Below, piece by piece: positions 38,950 to 49,661 of a stretch of 64,000 bases of DNA. Made by a program: the position numbers and the translations under genes. Origin of the DNA: a virus. Every line of letters begins with the position of its first letter. The stretch's first letter is position 1. The notes beneath the pieces were generated by a model. That model had not been told where the DNA came from, did not search any database, and saw only the letters and a program-made list of their open reading frames with translations. The stretch lies in IMG/VR virus record IMGVR_UViG_3300042508_000910; one strand, given 5' to 3'.

Positions 38950-41900
38950 GTTTAATCTTACAGATTAATCAATCAGCACCTTTTATACAAAGTCCTAGTA
39001 TAGTTTACGCTGTTACTGGTGAGAAAATAATACTATCTGGTATTGAATTTAAAAAAGGTATTATACAAGTCTCTGGAGAAAATATTTATAATTCGAATGA
39101 TTATTTTAATGTATATGGACGAAGATTAGAAGATGTTAGTGGAATTGATAATACATTATATTTAGATGTTGTTGGTTTCACTATATCAACAGGAGTAACA
39201 AAGACGAAATATGATCTTTCTGTATTCAATCTTGAAGGAAAATCTACAAATACTGTTCAATTAAATGTATTAGATCAACCTAGCATTGTTGGAATCGAAA
39301 AGACAGGCGCATTTCCAGACGAATTTGTAAGAATAAGTGGAACTAATTTTTATCCCGCACCAAATTTATTCTTTATTGATTCGAGAAATAATAAAATTAT
39401 TCCAACAGAGCAAAAGACTGGATTATATAAAATAACAGGATATGAATTGTTAAATAATGGCACTGGTTATAATGTTGGTGAAAAGATATATATCGATTCA
39501 ACATATCATAAACTATTTGATATTAATTCAAGTGGTATATTAGAAGTTCAATCCACTGGCATAAGTGGATCTATAGCATTTCTAAACATATTTGATTCTG
39601 GATCATTTACAATTATACCAACTGGTTTTATTTTACAATCTCAAACTGGAAATGGAAGAGATGCAAATATAATTTTAAATTATGAGAAATTTGAATATAC
39701 TGGATTCAATCAATTTATAGAATTTAAAATACCAAGAAATATAACTAAAAATCAAGCTATTTTTGTAGAAAATTTAAAATACAAAGCGCCTACAGATTTA
39801 ACTATTAATTCTATAAGCATCTCTAAGACTGGTTTCCAAGTCCTTGGTAGTCCTAAAATTTATAGCATAGATCCAATAACTGGATATAATCAAGAATCTT
39901 ACATAAGAATAAGCGGAGATAATTTAACATTTGTAACTGGTTTAAACCTGGGTCCATTAAAGAATATAAATTTTAATTACGATGGAGAAAATTTAGTTTT
40001 TCAAATTCCATATCTAGCAGAGAATAATAAAGTCAATGTTATTACAAATTTTGGAGAAGATAGTTCAGATGAATTATTACAAATTTTATATAGACCATTA
40101 GATCCTACTGGATTTAATCCTAATGATATATTATTGTCTGGAGGATCAGTATCTATATCTGGTAAAAATTTACATAGAATAAATTATATTAATCTTGGTC
40201 AGCAAAATATTAATCGAGAAAAGATTACAGTAAATTATCTCACTGGATCTACTCACCAGGCTTCTTTTATTTTACCAAATAATTATATAACAAATGAGAT
40301 ATATGCTTATTCTCTTGATTATCCAAATTCTGGAACAAAGATTGTATCTCCAGATACAAATGATAAATTAATAGCATCAGTAAGATTAAATACTGATCTT
40401 ATCAATATAAGATATCTTTCTGGGGTACAAGCAGCAAAATATCTTGATGAAGTAGAAATTTATAGCCCAATTGCATATTCTGGAGATTATGGAAACCTAA
40501 CTAATTCAGAAATATTTTTTAATACACCAACTGGTAAAATAAATATAACTGGAGACTATAGCGTAAGTGGAATAAAGATAGATAATACTTCAACTGGTAT
40601 TAAAATAAGAATACCAAGAGAAATTCAAAATCCAAGATCTCAAATTAAGATCAAAAGAAATAAATTTAATGATGAATATTTATTACCAGCTAATAAAAGT
40701 TTTGATATTCTTCCAACTATATCATTTAATAGTCCATCAAATACTAATTATAATAATTTAGGCGAAGTTATTATCTCTGGAATTAATGCAACAAATGTTA
40801 ATCAAGTATTTTTTAGCGGGAATGCTGGAACTAAAAATATATTCGGATTTAAAGATGTTGAAAAAATAAAAATAGATATTCTAGAAAAAAATATTAGCGG
40901 AATCTCAAGTGGTATTGGTCCAGATTATACATATATTAGAGCTAAACTTGGTGGAGATTTTCAAGGAACAGGTAAATTATTCTTATTTAATAATTACTAT
41001 GATACTGGAATTGGATATGAAAATTCTATATTATCTGATGCAGTTTCTGTCTCTGCTATTGAAGGATTTAGACCACCAAATTCTACTATATTTACAAGTC
41101 CTAGTTATATAAGTTCACCAATAGACGAACCATTTTTCTATAAAATTCAAACAAATTCTAGAGCAACATCTTTCTCAATTAGCGCTACAACATTATCTGG
41201 TGTTGATGATGGTGCAATTTTTCCTCCAGGAATAAATACAACTCTAAATTCATCTAATCAAATTTTTGGTACACCAAGTAGTGGTGGTATTTATTATATA
41301 AAGATAAGAGCGCTTGATGGAGATTTCCCTAATGAAGGAATGATTCTAAATGCTGCATTTGGTTATTCTGGAAGATCTTTAACTGGTCCTGGCATTACAT
41401 ATAGAGGAGAATGGTCTACAGGAATTGGATATGTTGGAAATAATTTAAGAAGAGATGTTGTAAAATATAGTTTTGGCGGTGTTAACTATTGGTATGCAGC
41501 AACTACTAATATAGATTCTGCTCCTAGTGGAACAAGTCCAGATTGGATACCATTCACTAATGAGTTTAGCGCCACTGCAACTCAAATATTACTAGCAGAA
41601 AGATCTAATATAACTAGCGAATTAAATATCGGCCAAGCAGGTATTCCTTCTGGTTTTATAAAAAGTGCTAATGATATTAATTCTAATGAAGGAAGTGGAT
41701 TCTATTTAGGTTATGATAATAGTTATAATGCTGGTCTTCCAAAGTTTAGAGTTGGCAATAGTGGTGGATATATAAAGTTTGATGGATTAGGTTTAGATAT
41801 ATTTGGCCCGTTATCTGGCGTTTTAACAACGTCAAGAAATGTAAGAAATACAGATAATACTGTAGGTTCAGAATATTCTCTCTCTGTTGGATTTAACAAT

Positions 41901-44900
41901 AGAATAGAAACAGGTGCGAATAATTCAATTGCTATTGGATCAAATAATTTAATTCATGAAAATACTCCTAATTCATTTATATTTGGAGAGAATAATATTG
42001 TTACTGGGGGAAGAAGAATCGCTATATCTGCGGGATCTAGAAATATCATCTCTGGAGATAAAAATTATGAATCTTTAGATTCAGTAATTGTTGGAGGAGT
42101 AAATAATACTTTATATGGATCTTATTCTAATATTGTTGGAGGTAAAAATAATTTTATAGATAGTGTGACTTCTGGATATAGTGCAATATCAAATCAACTT
42201 TTTGATGTGCCTGTTACTGGGACTACTGGTGCAGGTATTCAAAATATAAATATTGAAATACCAAAACCAAGAAATTCAGCAAATTATGCAATATTAAATT
42301 CACAAGAATATACTGAATCGCTTACTGGAGCAAATGGCTCTCAAATTATAAGTGGTAACTTTAAAAAGAGTGGTAATTTTCTTATTCCGCTTCCAAATCA
42401 ATTTTATTTTAACTTATCTGGAAGAAGAAATTTTGATTATAGCGTTTATTATGATAATAAACTTACATATGAAACAGGAATATATACTGGATTAGTTAGT
42501 GGTAGATTGACTGGAATTATTACTGGATTTTTAATTCAAACATTAAGTTATGCGTATAATCCAGACCTTGGATCTAATCATTATGGATCTTTTAATGGGA
42601 TAGGATTAGGAGCTGGATTTATTAGCGCTCGATTAAGTGGATCAGATTATTACGGAAGAAGAACTGGAATATATACAACTTTAACGAGTGGGAATATAAC
42701 TATGTATGGAGCTTTGTTGCCAGATGGCACTTTTGCTCATAGCGGATTAACAGGATTGTGGAATGGATCAAATTACGGATCTTCACTACAAAGATTATTT
42801 TATCTTACAGATATTAATAGCGGAACAACAGGAAATGGAAATACTCAAATTAAAGATCTATATGGCGGAACCACATTAATAAGTAAAAGCGGCGTATTTG
42901 GTAGTTTATTTAATACTGGTGGGTTTAATACTTCTAGAATTTTAAGCACAAATAATACTGCTCAATTTATTTCTGGAAATGGTAATATAGCTATAGGATA
43001 TACTTTACCATATACAAATAGTTTTTATACAAATTACAAAAACACTTATTATCATGATTTTGTTAATTTAGATGCAGAATTTATTGGTTATTATAATGGG
43101 GCAAATAAAGGTATTGGTAATTATTTTTATTTTTACGCTCCCAGTGGTAATCCACCAATAGGAAGATTTGGAAATAGTTCTGGAGTAGGTTATGTTGTTG
43201 ACTTTAATGAAAAAGATGGCAAAGTACAAATTTTTTGGAATACTGGTCTTTTAACTGAAAGCGCTATATTACCAGCTCTAAGTGCTTCGTCTACTTCAAT
43301 TAATAGTTGGCCTATAACAGGGAGAATAAATTTTCATACAGGAGTATTTAATGTTTTATTAAATAATCAACTTGTTATAGATAATTATAAAGATAATGAT
43401 TTCTTATATAGAAATAAAGATTCTAAAGGATTTGGTTTAGGAGCCTATACTGGTTCTGGTTTTGGTGGTAATCATGCTATAAGAAACTTTAATTTCTCGG
43501 TTGGATTAAATCCATACAATGAAGATTATGATACTCCTTCTAAATGCGTTAAAGCTCGTGGTCATGTTATTTATCCAAATACTTTTACGGAGGAAAGTTA
43601 TGGTGGAATTGATTATTCATTTGGATTTAATAATACAGGAATTTGGTATCGTGGATTTACAGGAGAATTTGAGTTCAAATTAAATTCAAAAATTTCTGAT
43701 ATAAGAAATTCTACTTTAATGTTTTATTGGAATGCTCCAAGAATGAATATGTTAAATACTGGATCAGAACCTGATCTTTGGTGGGATTATCCAAAATTAT
43801 GGATTTCTGGGGCAACTGGTCAAAACGCTCAATTATGGCTGCAATATCAAGGAAATACAAGTACAAACTGGTTAAGTAATACACAATATATTTCTGGTTA
43901 TTCTCCATATGGATTTAATAGTTTAGATTTTGTACAAAATAACTATTCTGGAATTAGACCATTCCAAGTAAATAAATGGAACAAGATTAGATACGAACAA
44001 ACTTCTGCTCCTATTGGAGATCCAAATGGATATCTTAGTAGTTTTGGAAATCCTTTCCCAGGTCATAATATAAGAATATATGTTAATAATATTTTACGCA
44101 TATCAGGTATTACCGCTGCGTATACTCCATATATTGATGCGAGTAATAGTGGGCTTCATCATCATATGGGCTTTAGATTATTTCCTAATTTTAATGAATT
44201 TGCTCTTGATACTAATCAACGAGAAGTCTTTATTAAAAATTTTAGATTTACTGGAACTAATAGCGTAACTGTAAATGATATTTTAGATACTCAAGATAAA
44301 CCTAGTGGAAATTTAATATATAATACAAATCTAGTAAGAACAACTTATCCAAGTCGCGATTATGGATATTATTTAACAGAATTTGGTTATGATAATTTTT
44401 ATAAAAATGATGCAAGAGTTATTACAGGTTATAGTGGAATTGGTTCAAGATTTCAATTTGGTCCTGGACAAATTCAAAAACCTTTTAGCGGAATTATTGA
44501 CATTAATAATTTGTATACAAACTCGATTATAAACACTGGAGGAATTAGTGTGACTAATTCTTTTGTAATTAGAGAGCAAAAAACGACAAAAATAAGAAAC
44601 CTATCTAGCTCATATTATGGTGTTCTACCAGCTAAAGTAGAAACAAATGCAAAATATATTGAAATAGATTTAGGTTCTGGTCATGCAATAGAAGCTCATA
44701 TGACCTCTGGTCAAGCAGATTTTACTATCTCTGCTTGGGTGTATCCTCAAGTACAAAAAACTCCTTGGTTACCAAACGGAGCAGATATAACTGGAAATAG
44801 ATCTAATTTAAAAACTTTAATAGCATTTGTACAGGAAACTGGTACAGGAGTATTAAAAATTGCAAATCCTAATTGGACTTGGGGATTATTTGTTGGGGCT

Positions 44901-47696
44901 GTAGAAACAACTGGATATGGAGATAACTCTTTTGGATATGCAACGGATTTGCCTTATCCTTATGGGTCACAAAGAATATCGTTAGATACAAGACCAGGAG
45001 TTGCTGGCGATCCTTATTCAAATACTGGAGCTTTTTTATTTGGATCTTTTGACGGAATGACCTCGTCTGGTACATTATGTTCTAATGAAGTAGGTTATGT
45101 GCCAAATCATACTCTTGGAAGATTGTGGACCACTGGTACATCTTTCAGAGGTGTAAGTCCTTCAATATTTACAGGAGAAAGTCCATTTAATTTTGTCCCT
45201 ACACCAACTTATGGTGTTTTAAGTGAAATGAGATTAATACCTAATCAGTGGAATCATGTTGCATTTTCTTATGATGCCACTAAAAGTTATTATTATAATA
45301 ATACAAGAAATATAAGATATTATATAAATGGTAATCTTGTAACATCTGGACGTAAGAACTTTAGCGCAAGAGCTTCTAAAGGTGATGCCACTTCATATTA
45401 TGGAAACTTCAACAAAATATATATTGGAGCTATGCCAGTTTTAAGTGGAGTAAGAAGAGAACTAGTATCGCATGCATTTCAAGGTTATATTGGTGAAGTA
45501 AGAATTGATGACTATGCAATTACTGGAGAATCCTTTAATGTTCAAGGATTTATAGATGAGTTTAGAAGACCTTTATTACATGTAAAACCATCTGGATCAA
45601 ATATATTTATATCTGATAATTCAAATTTAAAATATAATAAAAAACATTTGTCTACAAATTATGTTACTGGATATGTAGACTATTTAGCTAATTTTACTCA
45701 AAACTTTATAACAGGAAGATATTATCCTCCAACAACTTTTGGTATGAGTAGTTGGATAAATTCTGTAAGTGAAAATGTTTATTCTGGAACTTTTGCGTCA
45801 GCATCTGGAAGAAATTCAATAGAAAATAATAAAAGGCTTCAATTTAAAGTGTTATTAAACTCTTTAAATACTTCTACAAATACGGGAATTAATGTTAACT
45901 TTGTAAATAAATTTAATACTGGTGTTGTTAACAATTTTAATTATATCGTGCTTCCTAGCTATATTCAAACTGGAAATATATATAATAATTTTTCTAAGAC
46001 TGGATTTAAGATAAATAATTTTACAAGCAGTGGATTTAGAGTCAAAATAGATAATACATTATCATTAGATACAACAGGCATGTTTTTTGTTGCACAAACT
46101 GGTGCTTTTCGTGGAATAGATGGTAATTCTGGAAAATTTATAGAAATAAATTCACTATATTTAAGTGGCGCTAATAATCTTACTGGTGATCAATTCTTTA
46201 ATGATTATACAGGATGGATTAGGATACCAAGGCTACTTAATGTAGATTATATTAATTATAATAAACCAAGATTTTTTGGTAATGTATATACTCAAAGTGG
46301 CTCGGATATAATTGATTCACAATATTCATATATATATCGTATAGGAGAGGTATCAGGAGCCGCACAATATCGTCAATATTTTTATTCTCCAGCAGCTAGT
46401 ATTGCTTTTTCTTCACCAGATACATATCTTCCTTTTAGTGGTGGTGGTATGTATAGTCCTCCAGAATCTAATATTAATTTATTTGATATAATAACTGGAG
46501 GTACAGGAATGCCTATACCATTTTATCCAACAGCTTATCAGATAAAGATTTTGAAAGATGATTATTACAATATAGAATATGCTGCTACATTTGATAAAAT
46601 AAGTGGTCCAGATGTTTCAAAATCTGTTTCATTTAGATTACAAAAAAGCGTAAATACTGGTTCAAATTGGTTCACAGTTCAAGAAAAAATATATACTGAT
46701 TCCCATATATATTCTATGCATAATACTGGAATTGATTATGCATCATCTGGAGATTTATATAGAGTAAATGTAAATGTATTTTATGATCCAACTGGGACAA
46801 ATAATGAGATTTATAGTTCTCTCATAAGTATTTCACGACAAGAAGATTTTGATAATAGAAGAAACATTTATGTTAAACTAAATAATCCAAATATTGATTC
46901 ATATGCTATTAATAAAAATAGAATGCTAACTGGTCTAAAGATAGATTATATATTAACAGATGAAGACATTGATTATTCTACATTAAGAGAATTATTGGGT
47001 GAAGGAGCATTTGGTAGAGTTTCTCTATTGGGTTTCGAAGATGTAGGTAGTTCTTCTATATTCGGTGGAACAGGAAATTATATTAAAGGTTTAGTAAATA
47101 CAATTGGTGGAGGTATAAATAACTCTATTATTGGAGATTACAATACTATCCCAGGTGGAAGATCAAATACTATTATAGACACTCCTCCTGGCAACTTACC
47201 TCCACAAGCATTGTTTTCTACTATTCTTGGTGGTAATTTCAATACAATATCTGGCAATGTTGTTGACGGAGTAATTTTAGGAGGCGAAACAAATCTAATT
47301 ATGAACTCCGCAAGAGACACTGCGGAGGAAATTACGGCAACATCTATTATAGGTGGAAAAAATAATGTCATTTCTGGATCTTATTCGACTATATTAGGTG
47401 GATTTAATAATATAGTTAGCGGAGCGTTTGGTTATGGATTAGGAAGAAATGTATTTAACACTAAAAGTGGATCTATGGTTTTATCAGACGCAACATCAAA
47501 TCAATTAAAGCCTAGTTTCAATGAAAATAGTTTAACGTTATTTTTTACAAATGGCATGTATATAACTGGCGTTGATACTGGTTCAAATAGAGCGCCAATC
47601 ATATTCGCTCTTAATTCATTACCAACAAGCAGTGGTCTTGTTCCAGTTGGTGGATTGTATAGAAGTGGTGATTTTATTAAAATCAGACTTTCTTAA
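38946..47696 (+). CDS. Giant (2916 aa) tail fibre/adhesin: IPT/TIG repeats, Ig-like, LamG, C1q-like and YadA-like repeats
   Basis: IPT repeats at N-terminus; FTISAWVYP...NQWNHVAFSYD...YING...FQGYIGEVRI LamG; S.I.GG..N.I.G repeats at about 41860-42170 and 47050-47460. Confidence 0.75.
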   Translation: MSLILQINQSAPFIQSPSIVYAVTGEKIILSGIEFKKGIIQVSGENIYNSNDYFNVYGRRLEDVSGIDNTLYLDVVGFTISTGVTKTKYDLSVFNLEGKSTNTVQLNVLDQPSIVGIEKTGAFPDEFVRISGTNFYPAPNLFFIDSRNNKIIPTEQKTGLYKITGYELLNNGTGYNVGEKIYIDSTYHKLFDINSSGILEVQSTGISGSIAFLNIFDSGSFTIIPTGFILQSQTGNGRDANIILNYEKFEYTGFNQFIEFKIPRNITKNQAIFVENLKYKAPTDLTINSISISKTGFQVLGSPKIYSIDPITGYNQESYIRISGDNLTFVTGLNLGPLKNINFNYDGENLVFQIPYLAENNKVNVITNFGEDSSDELLQILYRPLDPTGFNPNDILLSGGSVSISGKNLHRINYINLGQQNINREKITVNYLTGSTHQASFILPNNYITNEIYAYSLDYPNSGTKIVSPDTNDKLIASVRLNTDLINIRYLSGVQAAKYLDEVEIYSPIAYSGDYGNLTNSEIFFNTPTGKINITGDYSVSGIKIDNTSTGIKIRIPREIQNPRSQIKIKRNKFNDEYLLPANKSFDILPTISFNSPSNTNYNNLGEVIISGINATNVNQVFFSGNAGTKNIFGFKDVEKIKIDILEKNISGISSGIGPDYTYIRAKLGGDFQGTGKLFLFNNYYDTGIGYENSILSDAVSVSAIEGFRPPNSTIFTSPSYISSPIDEPFFYKIQTNSRATSFSISATTLSGVDDGAIFPPGINTTLNSSNQIFGTPSSGGIYYIKIRALDGDFPNEGMILNAAFGYSGRSLTGPGITYRGEWSTGIGYVGNNLRRDVVKYSFGGVNYWYAATTNIDSAPSGTSPDWIPFTNEFSATATQILLAERSNITSELNIGQAGIPSGFIKSANDINSNEGSGFYLGYDNSYNAGLPKFRVGNSGGYIKFDGLGLDIFGPLSGVLTTSRNVRNTDNTVGSEYSLSVGFNNRIETGANNSIAIGSNNLIHENTPNSFIFGENNIVTGGRRIAISAGSRNIISGDKNYESLDSVIVGGVNNTLYGSYSNIVGGKNNFIDSVTSGYSAISNQLFDVPVTGTTGAGIQNINIEIPKPRNSANYAILNSQEYTESLTGANGSQIISGNFKKSGNFLIPLPNQFYFNLSGRRNFDYSVYYDNKLTYETGIYTGLVSGRLTGIITGFLIQTLSYAYNPDLGSNHYGSFNGIGLGAGFISARLSGSDYYGRRTGIYTTLTSGNITMYGALLPDGTFAHSGLTGLWNGSNYGSSLQRLFYLTDINSGTTGNGNTQIKDLYGGTTLISKSGVFGSLFNTGGFNTSRILSTNNTAQFISGNGNIAIGYTLPYTNSFYTNYKNTYYHDFVNLDAEFIGYYNGANKGIGNYFYFYAPSGNPPIGRFGNSSGVGYVVDFNEKDGKVQIFWNTGLLTESAILPALSASSTSINSWPITGRINFHTGVFNVLLNNQLVIDNYKDNDFLYRNKDSKGFGLGAYTGSGFGGNHAIRNFNFSVGLNPYNEDYDTPSKCVKARGHVIYPNTFTEESYGGIDYSFGFNNTGIWYRGFTGEFEFKLNSKISDIRNSTLMFYWNAPRMNMLNTGSEPDLWWDYPKLWISGATGQNAQLWLQYQGNTSTNWLSNTQYISGYSPYGFNSLDFVQNNYSGIRPFQVNKWNKIRYEQTSAPIGDPNGYLSSFGNPFPGHNIRIYVNNILRISGITAAYTPYIDASNSGLHHHMGFRLFPNFNEFALDTNQREVFIKNFRFTGTNSVTVNDILDTQDKPSGNLIYNTNLVRTTYPSRDYGYYLTEFGYDNFYKNDARVITGYSGIGSRFQFGPGQIQKPFSGIIDINNLYTNSIINTGGISVTNSFVIREQKTTKIRNLSSSYYGVLPAKVETNAKYIEIDLGSGHAIEAHMTSGQADFTISAWVYPQVQKTPWLPNGADITGNRSNLKTLIAFVQETGTGVLKIANPNWTWGLFVGAVETTGYGDNSFGYATDLPYPYGSQRISLDTRPGVAGDPYSNTGAFLFGSFDGMTSSGTLCSNEVGYVPNHTLGRLWTTGTSFRGVSPSIFTGESPFNFVPTPTYGVLSEMRLIPNQWNHVAFSYDATKSYYYNNTRNIRYYINGNLVTSGRKNFSARASKGDATSYYGNFNKIYIGAMPVLSGVRRELVSHAFQGYIGEVRIDDYAITGESFNVQGFIDEFRRPLLHVKPSGSNIFISDNSNLKYNKKHLSTNYVTGYVDYLANFTQNFITGRYYPPTTFGMSSWINSVSENVYSGTFASASGRNSIENNKRLQFKVLLNSLNTSTNTGINVNFVNKFNTGVVNNFNYIVLPSYIQTGNIYNNFSKTGFKINNFTSSGFRVKIDNTLSLDTTGMFFVAQTGAFRGIDGNSGKFIEINSLYLSGANNLTGDQFFNDYTGWIRIPRLLNVDYINYNKPRFFGNVYTQSGSDIIDSQYSYIYRIGEVSGAAQYRQYFYSPAASIAFSSPDTYLPFSGGGMYSPPESNINLFDIITGGTGMPIPFYPTAYQIKILKDDYYNIEYAATFDKISGPDVSKSVSFRLQKSVNTGSNWFTVQEKIYTDSHIYSMHNTGIDYASSGDLYRVNVNVFYDPTGTNNEIYSSLISISRQEDFDNRRNIYVKLNNPNIDSYAINKNRMLTGLKIDYILTDEDIDYSTLRELLGEGAFGRVSLLGFEDVGSSSIFGGTGNYIKGLVNTIGGGINNSIIGDYNTIPGGRSNTIIDTPPGNLPPQALFSTILGGNFNTISGNVVDGVILGGETNLIMNSARDTAEEITATSIIGGKNNVISGSYSTILGGFNNIVSGAFGYGLGRNVFNTKSGSMVLSDATSNQLKPSFNENSLTLFFTNGMYITGVDTGSNRAPIIFALNSLPTSSGLVPVGGLYRSGDFIKIRLS

Positions 47697-48471
47697 GTCT
47701 TTCTATTAATTCAAATACTTTACTTTTTGGTATATCTTTAATAAAATTAAAGCTTTCTGCTCCATCGAATTTTTCTTTAATCAATTTCTTCTTTAAGGTA
47801 TCGAAAGAAATATTTTTATCTTGCATTATTTTTTCCAATAAAACAGTTGGATTCATTGGATTTTCTTTTTCTGTATCTTCTTTTGCTACTAGCCCTAATT
47901 TGGCATCTCCTAATTCTTCTTGTGATACAATATTGATCTTTAAGAAATTACGAACACAACGAACAAATGCTCTATTTTCCGCTATAGCTGCAAGAAAATA
48001 ACGAGCAAAATCTTTAGTATTTACAAGAGATGCATCTGCAAGAGCTTCAAATGTCACAGGACGATTTCCTGTCTCATAATTAGGTATCCAAGTAATCTTA
48101 CAAGATGTTGCGAAATAATTATCGGTAGCAGTTACTACATTATATTCAACACTAGTAAATCCTCTAATTTGAGCTAGCTCCTTAATTCCACCAAGAAGTA
48201 TTAAAAGATCTTTATCTTCCAGTTTTGAAACATCTGTCTCTTGTGTTCTTTGACGATTTGGGACAAGATATTGTGTTTTAACCATTGCTCTCCAATTGAT
48301 AGAGCCATCATCATTAAAAATATAATTTATATTATCGTTTTCTAGTAAGCCAAAGCTATTTCTTATAAAGAGTTTTGGAGGAATAATCCTTGGTTCTTGT
48401 ATAAGAACATTTGCTGCAATAGAGTCTATTTTATTCAACTCTGAACTATTGATTGAGATTGATTCTTCCAT
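47683..48471 (-). CDS. Putative single-strand annealing protein (Rad52/Sak-like)
   Basis: ADAS..N......AIAENRA.VRCVRNFL.I..VS.EEL resembles phage SSAP core; replication context. Confidence 0.4.
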   Translation of the reverse strand: MEESISINSSELNKIDSIAANVLIQEPRIIPPKLFIRNSFGLLENDNINYIFNDDGSINWRAMVKTQYLVPNRQRTQETDVSKLEDKDLLILLGGIKELAQIRGFTSVEYNVVTATDNYFATSCKITWIPNYETGNRPVTFEALADASLVNTKDFARYFLAAIAENRAFVRCVRNFLKINIVSQEELGDAKLGLVAKEDTEKENPMNPTVLLEKIMQDKNISFDTLKKKLIKEKFDGAESFNFIKDIPKSKVFELIERLKKV

Positions 48472-48477
48472 TATTGA

Positions 48478-48506
48478 ATTGTAATATATATTTAATCTTT
48501 TGTCAA
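48478..48506 (-). promoter_or_regulatory. Sigma70-type promoter TTGACA-17-TACAAT
   Basis: Near-consensus; -10 ends 6 nt before ATG 48471. Confidence 0.8.
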
Positions 48507-49661
48507 CTCAAATATGTATAAATGTTTTGCTTCTTCCCAAAAATCTTCATGATCAATAATTTTTATTGGTTTACCTTGGAATGGTATATTTAATTTATAT
48601 GCAGCTTTAGAATTGTATGTATTACCATTACTTAATGTATATTTATTAGATTTATAATAAATATCATTTAAATTATTTAAATTTAATTTTAAATCATTTT
48701 TACATGTCTTTGGATTAACCATTATTTGTGCAACATCTAAATAACTTAACTTTAGAGAATTTACAAAGTTTTCATTTAGAAATGTAGACAATATAAATGG
48801 TCTTGCTAGTTTTTTAAGATTTTTAGCAAATTCTACATCGTGATTTTCATCTATATTATAGATTATTTGATCTATATTACCCTTAAAAGTATTCAATATA
48901 TTATAATCTATTTTCTTATCAGTTATAATTGAGCATCTATTTCTCTTAAGCTGTTCTGCTAAATTTCTCTCGTTAAATTCATAATCCATTCTAATAATTA
49001 AAGATTCGATACCAAATTGTGATATATTCTCTATTACTTGATTTGGAACAGATTCTATTAGCGTTCTATTATAATTCTCTCCTAAAAATATTGTTTTAAT
49101 TTTATTTGACTCTAGATTTAGATACTCTAAAACAGAATTAGCTATATCTGCTGGATTAATTTTATTTATTGTTTTTGGATTTTCTACTGCTGAATAACTT
49201 GGTTTTCTGCTCCTATCAACTTCAAATATTTTAATATTTTCCTTAGAGCTAAAATAAGGTCCAGCATTTTCTGGGCGACTATTAGAATATAAACAGACTA
49301 TTTTTTTATCAAAATGACTTGCGATATGTACGCCAAAACTATCTACTCCTAGATGTAAAATTCCTTTATTTATTAAATATGCGGCTTGACCTATTGATGT
49401 TTTACCTTGAAGATGATAACAATTTTGAATTGGTTTTTCATCTTTTCCACCAATTTGTACTATATGAATATTATGTTCTTGTAATTTAAAGAATAATTGG
49501 TCTATTACCTCTTGCCAATAATCGTAGCTTTTTGCATCATACTTACTATAAGGTTGAAATGATATGTATTTTTCAAATGGAACTGGGCAATACTTTTGAT
49601 ATATATATGGTTTATCAATTTTTAATCCACAATTTAGAGCGTATGTTTCAATTAGGTGCAT
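48492..49661 (-). CDS. Glycosyltransferase family 9-like C-terminal half plus unknown domain
   Basis: K.Y..W.EVI...IVQIGG..E...L.GKTSI.Q...LI....LHLGVDS...HIA....K..V.LY heptosyltransferase-like motifs. Confidence 0.75.
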   Translation of the reverse strand: MHLIETYALNCGLKIDKPYIYQKYCPVPFEKYISFQPYSKYDAKSYDYWQEVIDQLFFKLQEHNIHIVQIGGKDEKPIQNCYHLQGKTSIGQAAYLINKGILHLGVDSFGVHIASHFDKKIVCLYSNSRPENAGPYFSSKENIKIFEVDRSRKPSYSAVENPKTINKINPADIANSVLEYLNLESNKIKTIFLGENYNRTLIESVPNQVIENISQFGIESLIIRMDYEFNERNLAEQLKRNRCSIITDKKIDYNILNTFKGNIDQIIYNIDENHDVEFAKNLKKLARPFILSTFLNENFVNSLKLSYLDVAQIMVNPKTCKNDLKLNLNNLNDIYYKSNKYTLSNGNTYNSKAAYKLNIPFQGKPIKIIDHEDFWEEAKHLYIFELTKD

